Position numbers and translations under genes: made by a program
The notes under the pieces: model-generated
The model's database searches: none
What the model saw: only the letters and a program-made list of their open reading frames with translations
What the model was told of the DNA's origin: nothing
In this document: one piece after another, positions 1-9,420 of the stretch
How the letters are laid out: the number at the start of each line of letters is the position of its first letter
Position numbering within the stretch: the first letter of the stretch is position 1
DNA from: Candidatus Magasanikiibacteriota bacterium
GTDB taxonomy: Bacteria; Patescibacteriota; Patescibacteriia; Magasanikbacterales; UBA922
Assembly: GCA_018651085.1 (NCBI GenBank)
Contig: JABIEQ010000002.1
Span: 12,777-76,776 of the forward strand
Direction: 5' to 3'
DNA: 64,000 nt

Positions 1-1
1 T

Positions 2-775
2 GATACTTGGATTTTAGAAAGATTGCATGATGTTTTCTTATCTGTCACAAAAGATATTGAAGAATATCGGTTTTCTGCAGCAGGGGAAACATTGCGGGAC
101 TTTACATGGAATGATTTAGCTTCTTGGTATTTAGAGATTGCTAAAATTGAAGGAAATAAATCACAATTGTTAAATTTTGTATTAAATACTGTGTTAACAT
201 TGTGGCACCCGTATATGCCGTTTGTGACAGAAGTCATTTGGCAAAAAGTATATGGTAAAGATGAGATGCTTATGGTGTCAAAGTGGCCAGAGTTTTCTTT
301 TTCTCAAAAAGCTACAGGTTTTCCTCTTTTACAAGATGTGGTTTCTGGTATTCGATCACTTCGAGCGTCATATGGCATTTCTCCGTCAAAGGAGCTTCGA
401 GTTGTTTGTGTAAGTAGTGACCATAATGATCTATTTACTAATAATACTGAAATGGTTTCTACGCTTTCTCGTTTATCTTCATTTGATGTTGTGTCAGAAA
501 AGGGGAATGTAGAAGGTATGGCAAGTTTTGTCACTTCTGGTGCTGAAGTATTTGTAGATTTAGCTGCTGCTGTTGATGTTGATAAAGAAAAAACACGATT
601 AGAAAAAGAAATTAGTAGTGTTGCACCGTACATTACGTCACTTGAAAAGAAATTAAAAAATGAAGGGTTTTTAAAGAGTGCCCCTGATGCTGTCGTTTTA
701 CAAGAACAGCAAAAACTTACGGATGCAAAAGAAAAACATGATAAATTACAAACTCAACTCTCATCATTAATGTAA
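2..775 (+). CDS. valS: Valine--tRNA ligase, C-terminal part (5' truncated by window)
   Basis: Anticodon-binding domain (DFTWNDLASWYLEIAK, LWHPYMPFVTEVIW) and C-terminal coiled-coil arm (FLKSAPDAVV); frame open from window start. Confidence 0.95.
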   Translation, partial: DTWILERLHDVFLSVTKDIEEYRFSAAGETLRDFTWNDLASWYLEIAKIEGNKSQLLNFVLNTVLTLWHPYMPFVTEVIWQKVYGKDEMLMVSKWPEFSFSQKATGFPLLQDVVSGIRSLRASYGISPSKELRVVCVSSDHNDLFTNNTEMVSTLSRLSSFDVVSEKGNVEGMASFVTSGAEVFVDLAAAVDVDKEKTRLEKEISSVAPYITSLEKKLKNEGFLKSAPDAVVLQEQQKLTDAKEKHDKLQTQLSSLM

Positions 776-780
776 TATCT

Positions 781-1974
781 ATGCCGGTATCTACTGATGC
801 ACAAAAAATTGATCAATTGTTAACCCGTGGTGTTGAACATGTGTACCCAACACAAGAGTTTTTAGAAAAACATCTTTTGTCAGGTGAACAGTTAACGCTC
901 TATACTGGGTATGATCCAACTGCTCCGACACTTCATATTGGGCATGGAATTACTATGATGAAGCTACGTCAGTTTCAAGACCTTGGTCACAAGATTATTT
1001 TTTTGATTGGGGATTTCACTGGGATGATTGGAGACCCTACTGACAAAACATCAGCAAGACAGAAATTAACATCTGCTCAAATTAAAGAAAATTTTTCTTT
1101 ATATAAAGAGCAAGCTGCTCAGATTCTTGATTTTGAAGGGGATAATCCCGTTGAAGTACGATATAACAGCGAGTGGCATGGAGCGCTTAGTTTTACTGAT
1201 GTTATTGAATTGTCGAGTAATTTTACAGTGCAGCGTATGCTCGAGCGAGACATGTTTCAAAATCGTATTAAAGATGAGAAGCCTATTTATTTGCATGAGT
1301 TTATGTATCCTTTGATGCAAGGGTATGATTCTGTTGCTATGGGAGTGGACGGGGAAGTAGGTGGTAATGATCAGACATTTAATATGCTTGCAGGGCGGAC
1401 ACTTTTAAAGCAATTAAAAGAAAGAGAAAAGTTTGTTGTATGTACGAAGCTTTTAGTAGATAGTTCTGGTAAAAAAATGAGTAAAACATCTGGAAACATG
1501 GTTGCTTTTTCTGACACACCAGAAGATATGTTTGGGAAAATAATGCGTTTTACTGATGAAATGATTATTTCTGGGTTTGAACTTTGTACGTATGTTTCAA
1601 TGGGAGAGATTGAAAAAATACAAGCAGCAATTACTGCAGGAGAAAATCCTCGAGATTTTAAATTGCGTCTTGCCTTTGAAATTACTAAAACCTTTTTAGG
1701 AGAAGATGCTGCAAATATTGGGAAAGATCATTTTTCTCAGGTGATTCAAAGTAGTGGGCGACCAGAAAGTATTCTTACTTTGACACCAAAAGAATATACG
1801 ATTGTGCCAGTGCTTGTAGAAGCTGGTTTTGCCACAAGCACCTCTGATGCAAGGCGAACAATTGAAGGTGGTGGAGTGAAGGTAAATGATGAAAAGGTGA
1901 ATGACATTACGCTCGTGGTTTCAGCCGGAGATGTGATTCAAAAAGGAAAAAGATTTTTTGTTGAAATTCAATAA
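781..1974 (+). CDS. tyrS: Tyrosine--tRNA ligase
   Basis: GYDPTAPTLHIGH, YPLMQGYD, GGNDQ, KMSKT motifs; C-terminal S4 domain. Confidence 0.97.
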   Translation: MPVSTDAQKIDQLLTRGVEHVYPTQEFLEKHLLSGEQLTLYTGYDPTAPTLHIGHGITMMKLRQFQDLGHKIIFLIGDFTGMIGDPTDKTSARQKLTSAQIKENFSLYKEQAAQILDFEGDNPVEVRYNSEWHGALSFTDVIELSSNFTVQRMLERDMFQNRIKDEKPIYLHEFMYPLMQGYDSVAMGVDGEVGGNDQTFNMLAGRTLLKQLKEREKFVVCTKLLVDSSGKKMSKTSGNMVAFSDTPEDMFGKIMRFTDEMIISGFELCTYVSMGEIEKIQAAITAGENPRDFKLRLAFEITKTFLGEDAANIGKDHFSQVIQSSGRPESILTLTPKEYTIVPVLVEAGFATSTSDARRTIEGGGVKVNDEKVNDITLVVSAGDVIQKGKRFFVEIQ

Positions 1975-1977
1975 TAT

Positions 1978-3681
1978 ATGATGCACGACATACGAAAAGC
2001 ACTTAAGGCTGCACTTACTGACATTGGTATTGATGGTGATATTTCTTTTTCACCAGTACCTAACCCTGAAATAGGGGATCTTGCTTTTCCTTGTTTTTCG
2101 CTTGCTAAAGTGCGTCAGTCATCTCCAGCGGATATTGCGTTGTCTTTAGCTACAGATTTATCACAAAAAGATATTCCGTTTGTACTAAATATACAGGCTG
2201 CTGGTCCGTATGTTAATTTTTTTCTTGACCCTCAAGCGATTGCTACACATCTTTTTTCCCATATAACGTCATCATATGGATCGCATAAAACCGGGAAAGG
2301 TGAGCGATTTGTTGTTGAATATGGATGTCCTAATCCGATGAAAGCCTTTCATTTGGGGCATTTAAAAAATCTTATTACAGGGGAATCTGTGTGTCGAGTA
2401 TTTTCTAACGTTGGTCGTGAGGTTATTCGAGTAAACTATCAAGGCGATGTTGGCATGCATATTGCAAAATCTTTATGGGGAATTTTTGATTGGATTGATG
2501 AATTTCATGCATATAAAGAAAAACCTCTTCAAGAACGAGTAGAATTTTTAGGTCGTGCGTACGCGCATGGAGCACAGCATTTTGAGAAGGGAGTAAAGGA
2601 AAAAGAAGACGTTGTTTTATATAATGAAAAAGTATATACCAAAGATGCTTCTATTCAAGAAGTCTATGATCTTGCTCGATCATGGAGTTTATCTTATTTT
2701 GATACTATTTATTCAAAACTTGGATCTTGCTTTGATCGATTATATTTCGAATCAGAAGTATTTGAACGAGGCGTTGCGCTTGTGTCTGAAGGGCTTGAAA
2801 AAGGTATTTTTACAAAAAGTGATGGGGCTGTCATTTATGAAGGGAGTAAACATGACCTTCATGACAGAGTATTTTTAAATAGTAAAGGTTTTCCAACATA
2901 TGAAGCAAAAGACTTAGCATTAGCAGAAATGCATTTTGCTGATTTTTCTCCTCATAAGGTTGTGCACGTTGTTGGAAAAGAACAGACAGAGTATTTTAAG
3001 GTTGTTTTTTCTGCACTTTCTCAACTTGTCCCTCAGACTACTGGGAAAGAGTATCATCTTCCTGGAGGATACTTACAACTTAAGGGAGATAAAAAGATGA
3101 GTTCTCGTCTTGGAAATATTATTACGGGAGACGCCTTGATTTTTGAAGTAGAAAAGAAGGTTCGTGAAATTATGAGCGGTGATCTTGATCGTGCTTATAG
3201 TGAGGATGTTCTTCAAAAGGTAAGTACTTCAGCATTGAAGTATGCCATGCTTAAATCTGATGTATCTCAAGATGTTGCTTTTGACATGGAAACATCAGTA
3301 AGTACATCTGGCGAAAGTGGACCATATTTATTGTATATTGTTGCAAGAATTAATAGTATTTTACGTAAAGCAGGGGATGTATCTTCTATAAGTGATAGTG
3401 TGGAAGAGATTACTGTTGAAGAAAAACAATTATTGCTTAAGCTTTCACGATATCCTGATGTGACATTAGCTGCGGCGGCTATTCCGTATGATCCTTCTAA
3501 GATTTCACGATATTTATTTGATCTTGCTCAAAGCTTTAATGCGTTTTATCATGTTTGTCCTGTGCTTCAGGCTAAAGATGCTGATGTTCGTTTATTTCGG
3601 TTAACTCTTATTAAAGCTATTTCTCATGTAATGACACATGGGTTAGCTCTTCTTGGTATTGAAACTGTTGAAGAAATGTAA
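1978..3681 (+). CDS. argS: Arginine--tRNA ligase
   Basis: AAGPYVNF, PNPMKAFHLGH, KMSSRLGN, DALR-like C-terminus ending LLGIETVEEM. Confidence 0.96.
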   Translation: MMHDIRKALKAALTDIGIDGDISFSPVPNPEIGDLAFPCFSLAKVRQSSPADIALSLATDLSQKDIPFVLNIQAAGPYVNFFLDPQAIATHLFSHITSSYGSHKTGKGERFVVEYGCPNPMKAFHLGHLKNLITGESVCRVFSNVGREVIRVNYQGDVGMHIAKSLWGIFDWIDEFHAYKEKPLQERVEFLGRAYAHGAQHFEKGVKEKEDVVLYNEKVYTKDASIQEVYDLARSWSLSYFDTIYSKLGSCFDRLYFESEVFERGVALVSEGLEKGIFTKSDGAVIYEGSKHDLHDRVFLNSKGFPTYEAKDLALAEMHFADFSPHKVVHVVGKEQTEYFKVVFSALSQLVPQTTGKEYHLPGGYLQLKGDKKMSSRLGNIITGDALIFEVEKKVREIMSGDLDRAYSEDVLQKVSTSALKYAMLKSDVSQDVAFDMETSVSTSGESGPYLLYIVARINSILRKAGDVSSISDSVEEITVEEKQLLLKLSRYPDVTLAAAAIPYDPSKISRYLFDLAQSFNAFYHVCPVLQAKDADVRLFRLTLIKAISHVMTHGLALLGIETVEEM

Positions 3682-3780
3682 TATTATTTTGTATATTTCA
3701 TATATACATATTTAATGTAACATATATTGTATTTTATCTATTTTTGTATAACGGGGGTGTACTCTTTTGTTGTTTTTTTG

Positions 3781-3809
3781 TTGACAATTTCTCTATTCCC
3801 TACTAAAGT
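3781..3809 (+). promoter_or_regulatory. Sigma70-type promoter of the 3827-11115 operon
   Basis: TTGACA-17 nt-TAAAGT ending 17 nt upstream of the ATG. Confidence 0.7.
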
Positions 3810-3826
3810 GAGGAAATTGGTATTTT

Positions 3827-4861
3827 ATGACTAATCAAAGCAACAATTATCAGGCGTGGAATGATGCTCTTGCGGATTTCCCCCATAATGCACTGATTAC
3901 AGAACAGCTGTCTTTTTTGCTTCGTTACGCTGTCCTGGCCCCTTCAACATTAAATTCACAACCTTGGCATTTTATTGTGCATGAGCATACAGTATTGGTT
4001 CAACCTGATTTATCTCGTTGGGAAGAAGCCACTGATTTATCTCAAAGACAAATGTATATTAGTATTGGAGCAGCAATTGAAAATTTTATCATTGCTGCTT
4101 CTTATTTTGGTTTATCTGTTTCAACATCACTTTCTCCGTTTGATAATGGTTTATTTTCTGTGCTTCTTGTTTGTGAACAGTCCCATGGAAAAATGACTGC
4201 ATTGGCACCGCTATGTCATGCAATCTCTTCTCGATCTACTCATCGTGGTCTATATCGTTCAGAAGAAATTTCCCCATCATTATTACGGCGTATTTGTGAA
4301 ATATCTTATGATACCTCTATTCATATTATTAGGGATCGTCGACAACGATTAATTGTTGGAGATATTATGCTTGAGTCTGGCATGACTGCTTTTTCTTTTT
4401 CTTCTTTACGTCGAGGTATTTCTCGATATAAACGATCAAACCTAACTCGTGATCACATTGGTATCCCTGGAAATACTATGGGATTTTCTTTAATAAAATC
4501 TTTTGTTGCTCCTTTAGCTATTCGTTTATTTAATGTTGTTCGTTTAAATTATAAACAACAAAAAGATATGTTGCGTTCGCACACTCCATATTTTGTTGTA
4601 CTATCGGCGAAAACAGATACCTGTATAGATTGGATTAATACTGGTCGTACATATCAACGAATTTCGCTTGTTTCTGAATCTCTTGGTATACGTTCTTCTG
4701 TTTGGGCTTCTCCTATTGAAATGGATAATGGCCGACGTCGATTAGCTGACCTTTTGTCTGTTTCTAAGCCGCAACTTTGTATGAGACTTGGGTATGGAAC
4801 GGCATATCCACATCGAAGTCCGCGGTTTCCTGCCGATGCAGTTACTGATATTATTATTTGA
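3827..4861 (+). CDS. Acg-type nitroreductase-family flavoprotein
   Basis: AVLAPSTLNSQPWHF, SIGAAIEN, RSTHR, RLGYG..HRSPR motifs. Confidence 0.85.
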   Translation: MTNQSNNYQAWNDALADFPHNALITEQLSFLLRYAVLAPSTLNSQPWHFIVHEHTVLVQPDLSRWEEATDLSQRQMYISIGAAIENFIIAASYFGLSVSTSLSPFDNGLFSVLLVCEQSHGKMTALAPLCHAISSRSTHRGLYRSEEISPSLLRRICEISYDTSIHIIRDRRQRLIVGDIMLESGMTAFSFSSLRRGISRYKRSNLTRDHIGIPGNTMGFSLIKSFVAPLAIRLFNVVRLNYKQQKDMLRSHTPYFVVLSAKTDTCIDWINTGRTYQRISLVSESLGIRSSVWASPIEMDNGRRRLADLLSVSKPQLCMRLGYGTAYPHRSPRFPADAVTDIII

Positions 4862-4869
4862 TAGGTATT

Positions 4870-5919
4870 ATGTCAATGGAACTCATTACACATAAAGTAA
4901 AAGAACATGCTGAATATGATGGGCATGCTTTTGTGTATCATCTTCATGATGATGATATTGGTTTTGATGCATATATTGCTATTCATCGTCAGGAAGAAAT
5001 GCAGCCAGCTTTGGGGGGTACTCGATTTTGGGATTATGATTCACCTGATGATGCCATTGAAGATGTATTACGATTATCTCGGCTTATGACTTTTAAGTCT
5101 TTGGCTGCTGGGTTACCATACACTGGTGCAAAAGGGGTCATCATGCTTCCTAAAAATAAGACCTTTAATAGGGAAAAGCTTTTTGCCCAATATGCCTCTT
5201 GGGTTGAAAAACTAACAGGAAAATTTGTGACAGGAACTGATGTAGGTGTAACTAATGATGATTTGACGTGCATGGAATCTCATACTTCTCATGTGATAGG
5301 TCATGGAGTAGATTCAGGATATTTCACTGCAATTGGTTTATTTTTTGCGATTCAAAAGTGTCTAGGCGAGCGCTATGGTTCTGAGGTTATTGCTGGTAGA
5401 TCTTTTAGCATACAAGGACTTGGAAAGACGGGATTTCCGTTAGTTTCTTTTTTATATAATGCAGGTGCACGTTTGTATGTGTCTGATATTGATGAGAAAA
5501 AGGTGTCTATTGTTCAGAGCTTGTATCGAGATGTAACGGTTGTCTCAGCTGCCGATATTCATAAAATTAGTGTGGATGTTTTTTGTCCATGTGCTCTTTC
5601 TGGTGTTATTAACTTTTCTTCTTTGGAAGAGTTTGATTGTCAGATTATTGTAGGAGCCGCAAATAATCAGTTAGCTGATAATATTTTATCTGAACAATTA
5701 CATGACCGTGGTATTTTGTATGCACCTGATTTTCTTGTAAATTCTGGTGGAATGATTAGTGTTGTAGACCAATTTTTACATGGTGTCGCTGACGAAAGGC
5801 GTATATTGACTCGGGTTGCACGTGTGCCATCTGTATTGTCTCAGGTATTTTCGTTGACGCGTACAAAGGATATTTCAGTTTCTTCCGCTTTGATGGAAGT
5901 ACTTTCTTCATTAGTATAA
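4870..5919 (+). CDS. Glu/Leu/Phe/Val dehydrogenase (Leu/Val/Phe type)
   Basis: ALGGTR, GAKGV, TGTDVG, QGLGKTG, GAANNQ, APDFLVNSGG. Confidence 0.92.
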   Translation: MSMELITHKVKEHAEYDGHAFVYHLHDDDIGFDAYIAIHRQEEMQPALGGTRFWDYDSPDDAIEDVLRLSRLMTFKSLAAGLPYTGAKGVIMLPKNKTFNREKLFAQYASWVEKLTGKFVTGTDVGVTNDDLTCMESHTSHVIGHGVDSGYFTAIGLFFAIQKCLGERYGSEVIAGRSFSIQGLGKTGFPLVSFLYNAGARLYVSDIDEKKVSIVQSLYRDVTVVSAADIHKISVDVFCPCALSGVINFSSLEEFDCQIIVGAANNQLADNILSEQLHDRGILYAPDFLVNSGGMISVVDQFLHGVADERRILTRVARVPSVLSQVFSLTRTKDISVSSALMEVLSSLV

Positions 5920-5925
5920 GGTTCT

Positions 5926-7440
5926 ATGAATAGATTACATTCTTTATCTTCTTCTCCTGTCCGTTTTTTAAACGATGTGAAACGCTATCCAGAATCATAT
6001 TGGTCTCATCGTGGTTTTGTGCAAGCACTGTCTTTATTTCATCAAGCAGCAAAACGTGTTCCTGCATATAAGGATTTTTTACATACACATGGTATTAATC
6101 CTGATCTTATACAAACCAAGGGAGATTTTCAGAAAGTTCCTTTGATTGATAAAGATAACTATATTCGTAAATATCCCCTTGAGAGTTTATGTTGGGATGG
6201 TTCTTTTTCTCAAACTCCTTGGGTTATTTCTTCTACCTCAGGTTCAACTGGAGAGCCGACGTATTTTCCTAGAACAACCAAACAAGATAAATTGTATGCA
6301 GCATTAGCTGAGATGTATCTTCGGGATAATTTTTCAATCCATAAAAGAACAACGCTATATGTAAATTGTTTTGCCATGGGGGTTTGGATTGGTGGTGTCT
6401 TTACTCATCAAGCGGTGAAAATGGTAGCAGATAGAGGAGAGTATTCATTAAGTATTATTTCTCCTGGGATTAATAAGTCTGAAGCTATTAAGGCTGTGCA
6501 ACGTTTGGGAGATAAATTTGATCAAGTTATTATTGCTGGGTATCCTCCGTTTGTGAAGGATCTGATTGATGATGGTATTCAAGAAGGACTTGATTGGTCT
6601 CAATATAATGTTGGATTTATTTTTTCTGCTGAATCTTTTTCTGAAGCGTTTCGTGATTATATTTTTCGAAAATCAGGTGTTAAAGATATTTATCGTGGAT
6701 CATTAAATCATTATGGAACTGTTGATCTTGGTACAATGTCTCATGAAACACCTGTGAGTGTGCTTATTCGTCGTCTTTCTTTACAACATCGTCCATTATT
6801 TACTCGTATTTTTCAACACATCACTAAGGTGCCGACATTTACCCAGTATATCCCTGAGATGTTTTTTTTCGAGGATCTTGAAGGATCACTTGTGTGCACT
6901 GGAGATGGTGGTTTCCCGCTTATTCGGTATGATTTAAAAGATAATGGGGGCGTGTTGTCTTTTTCTCAGATTGTTGATCATTGTCATGCTTCTGGTGTAG
7001 ATATTTTTCATGAAATGGAGCGTGTAGATATTTCTGATACGTTATGGCACCTTCCGTTTGTGTATGTGTATGAGCGTAGGGATTTATCAACTACATTATA
7101 TGGGCTTAATATTTATCCAGAAACAATCCGTAAAGCACTTCAACATGAGCGTTTTGAATCATTTGTTACGGGTAAGTTTACTATGCTTACGAAGTATAAC
7201 GATAGTCAGGATCAATACCTTGAAATTCATCTTGAGCTAAAACAAGCCCAAGAATATACTGATGAACATATTCGTATTATAACGGATCATATCGTTTCTA
7301 CCTTGAAGGCGAATAATTCAGAGTACCATAAGCTTCACACTGATCTTGGTGAGCGAGCTGTCCCTGTTATTTGTATGTGGCCGTATGAAGATTTAACGTA
7401 TTTTCGACCAGGGACTAAACAAAAATGGGTAAAAAAATAA
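5926..7440 (+). CDS. Phenylacetate--CoA ligase (PaaK)-like adenylate-forming enzyme
   Basis: VPAYKDFL, SSTSGSTGEP P-loop, PLIRYDLKD, GLNIYPE. Confidence 0.88.
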   Translation: MNRLHSLSSSPVRFLNDVKRYPESYWSHRGFVQALSLFHQAAKRVPAYKDFLHTHGINPDLIQTKGDFQKVPLIDKDNYIRKYPLESLCWDGSFSQTPWVISSTSGSTGEPTYFPRTTKQDKLYAALAEMYLRDNFSIHKRTTLYVNCFAMGVWIGGVFTHQAVKMVADRGEYSLSIISPGINKSEAIKAVQRLGDKFDQVIIAGYPPFVKDLIDDGIQEGLDWSQYNVGFIFSAESFSEAFRDYIFRKSGVKDIYRGSLNHYGTVDLGTMSHETPVSVLIRRLSLQHRPLFTRIFQHITKVPTFTQYIPEMFFFEDLEGSLVCTGDGGFPLIRYDLKDNGGVLSFSQIVDHCHASGVDIFHEMERVDISDTLWHLPFVYVYERRDLSTTLYGLNIYPETIRKALQHERFESFVTGKFTMLTKYNDSQDQYLEIHLELKQAQEYTDEHIRIITDHIVSTLKANNSEYHKLHTDLGERAVPVICMWPYEDLTYFRPGTKQKWVKK

Positions 7441-7449
7441 TGCGTCTAT

Positions 7450-8526
7450 ATGTTTCGATCTCCTATAATATTTCGTGAAGGGTCCTATACGTATCAGGAT
7501 ATTATTTCTTTTTTTTCATCTCACCGTGTTTGGTCTACTCGTGATATTTATGATGATCAATTACAAGAATATTTTCTTATTACTCATCCACAGTATAAAC
7601 ATCATGATACCTTTTCTGCGTTATTTTCTACGTATAAAACACAAGTACTCAATGGTCGCATAGAAGCTATGTGTGGAAATTGGGTGTATTTTCCTTGGAG
7701 TGGTCGGATGGTACATATGGTCTCTGAAGGTATGCACCATGCTCTTCGAACAAATAGAAATCATTTATTAATTACTCAGGAAGAACAAAAAATGCTTTTG
7801 AATGTATCAATTGCTGTCGCTGGTCTTTCTATTGGTTCTTCTATTATTTCTACATTAGTTCATAATGGTATTGGTCGAAATCTTCGTTTGGCTGATCATG
7901 ATATATTTGAAACAACAAACATGAATAGGGTTCGATCTCGTATAGATCAAGTGGGTGTCTCTAAAGTATCTATTGTTACTGAACAGCTTTTTGAAATAAA
8001 TCCGTATTTAGTTATTGATCCTTTTTCTCAGGGAGTTGATGCTTCTAATTTAGTGGACTTTGTGCGTCCTTCTTCTACATATCCATTAATACTTTTTGAA
8101 GCGATTGATGATTTTAAGATGAAAGTTCGTTTACGGCTTCAGGCGAAAAAAAATGGGGTTCCTGTTGTTATGCTTACGAATCTTGGAGATGGTATACTTA
8201 TTGATATTGAAAGGTATGATATTGATCCTCAAACAAAGATGTTTAATGGACTTGTTGGAGATGTACCTGAACGTATTTTGTCGTCTTCTTGTACAGAAGA
8301 GGATATGAAGCAGTTTGCTGTGTCTCTTGTTGGAAAGGAACATGTGCCACAACGAGCCTTTTTGTCTCTTGAACAAATGGGAAAGACTCTTGTCGGGCGT
8401 CCTCAACTCATGGGAACCGTCACGGCTTCAAGTGGAATTGCTCCCTATATTGTTCGTCGTATGTTATTTGGTCCTTCACTTGCTAGTGGTCGATACTATA
8501 TTCACTTTGATACTGTTTTGTCTTAA
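7450..8526 (+). CDS. ThiF-family adenylyltransferase, Rv1355c/OxzB-like subfamily
   Basis: WVYFPWSG, RTNRN..LITQEEQ, VAGLSIG, LADHDIFETTNMNR, DIERYD, GRPQL. Confidence 0.85.
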   Translation: MFRSPIIFREGSYTYQDIISFFSSHRVWSTRDIYDDQLQEYFLITHPQYKHHDTFSALFSTYKTQVLNGRIEAMCGNWVYFPWSGRMVHMVSEGMHHALRTNRNHLLITQEEQKMLLNVSIAVAGLSIGSSIISTLVHNGIGRNLRLADHDIFETTNMNRVRSRIDQVGVSKVSIVTEQLFEINPYLVIDPFSQGVDASNLVDFVRPSSTYPLILFEAIDDFKMKVRLRLQAKKNGVPVVMLTNLGDGILIDIERYDIDPQTKMFNGLVGDVPERILSSSCTEEDMKQFAVSLVGKEHVPQRAFLSLEQMGKTLVGRPQLMGTVTASSGIAPYIVRRMLFGPSLASGRYYIHFDTVLS

Positions 8527-8531
8527 ATTAT

Positions 8532-9413
8532 ATGAATAAAGAAGAGGCGACTCTTCAATCTCGTATACGCACAACACTTTCTTTTTCGTATATTACATCT
8601 GGTACTCGTCAGATTCGTGTTGTAAAGGGGGGAAAAGGGCCTCCTCTTCTTTTAATACACGGAGCAAATATTGGTTGGGGACAATGGTACAAAAATATTG
8701 ATGCGTTTTCATCTCGATTTACCGTATATGCTTTTGATTTTCCTAATGCTGGGGCTTCCTCTCGTTTGTCATATACTGCATTTGATAGTTCAAAAGATTT
8801 ATTAGATGTTTGTCGTGATGTTATAGATCATTTTCAGATTTATTCGTGTATTGCACTTGGTCATTCCATTGGTGGGTGGGTAGGATTACAGCTTGCACTT
8901 CAAGATCCAGAAATATTTTCGGCTTTAATCGTAACGAATTCGCTTGGTTTTACTCATAATGTTACGTTTTCTCAACGTCTTTTATCTTTTTTTCCTTTTG
9001 TGTCTTTTTTATCTCGATATGTTGTTCCTCCAGACAGAAAACATCTTAAGAAATTTCTGGGTGATGCGATGTGTGATCCGTCATTACTTGAAGACGAGTT
9101 TGTTGATTATTATGTTTCGGCTGTATTAAGATCTCCCGTTTCTCATCCGTTTATGTTTATGCATGCGTGCATGGATTTCTTTCGATTAAAGTCTCAGTTT
9201 GTATTGTCTTCACAATTAGAGTCATTACATGTCCCAACATTAGCGTTATTTGGTGCATCTGATCCTTTAATTTCTGTGTCTTCACAACTACAAGCTCTTT
9301 CTTCTCATGTACATATTACAACACATGTTTTTTCTGATGTTGGACATACTCCTTTTTTAGAAAAGCCTGATGTGTTTAATGATGCTGTTTTTTCTTGGCT
9401 TGATACGGTATAA
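8532..9413 (+). CDS. Alpha/beta-fold hydrolase
   Basis: LLLIHG, GHSIGG nucleophile elbow, Asp in GASDP, His in GHTP. Confidence 0.9.
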   Translation: MNKEEATLQSRIRTTLSFSYITSGTRQIRVVKGGKGPPLLLIHGANIGWGQWYKNIDAFSSRFTVYAFDFPNAGASSRLSYTAFDSSKDLLDVCRDVIDHFQIYSCIALGHSIGGWVGLQLALQDPEIFSALIVTNSLGFTHNVTFSQRLLSFFPFVSFLSRYVVPPDRKHLKKFLGDAMCDPSLLEDEFVDYYVSAVLRSPVSHPFMFMHACMDFFRLKSQFVLSSQLESLHVPTLALFGASDPLISVSSQLQALSSHVHITTHVFSDVGHTPFLEKPDVFNDAVFSWLDTV

Positions 9414-9420
9414 TAGATGA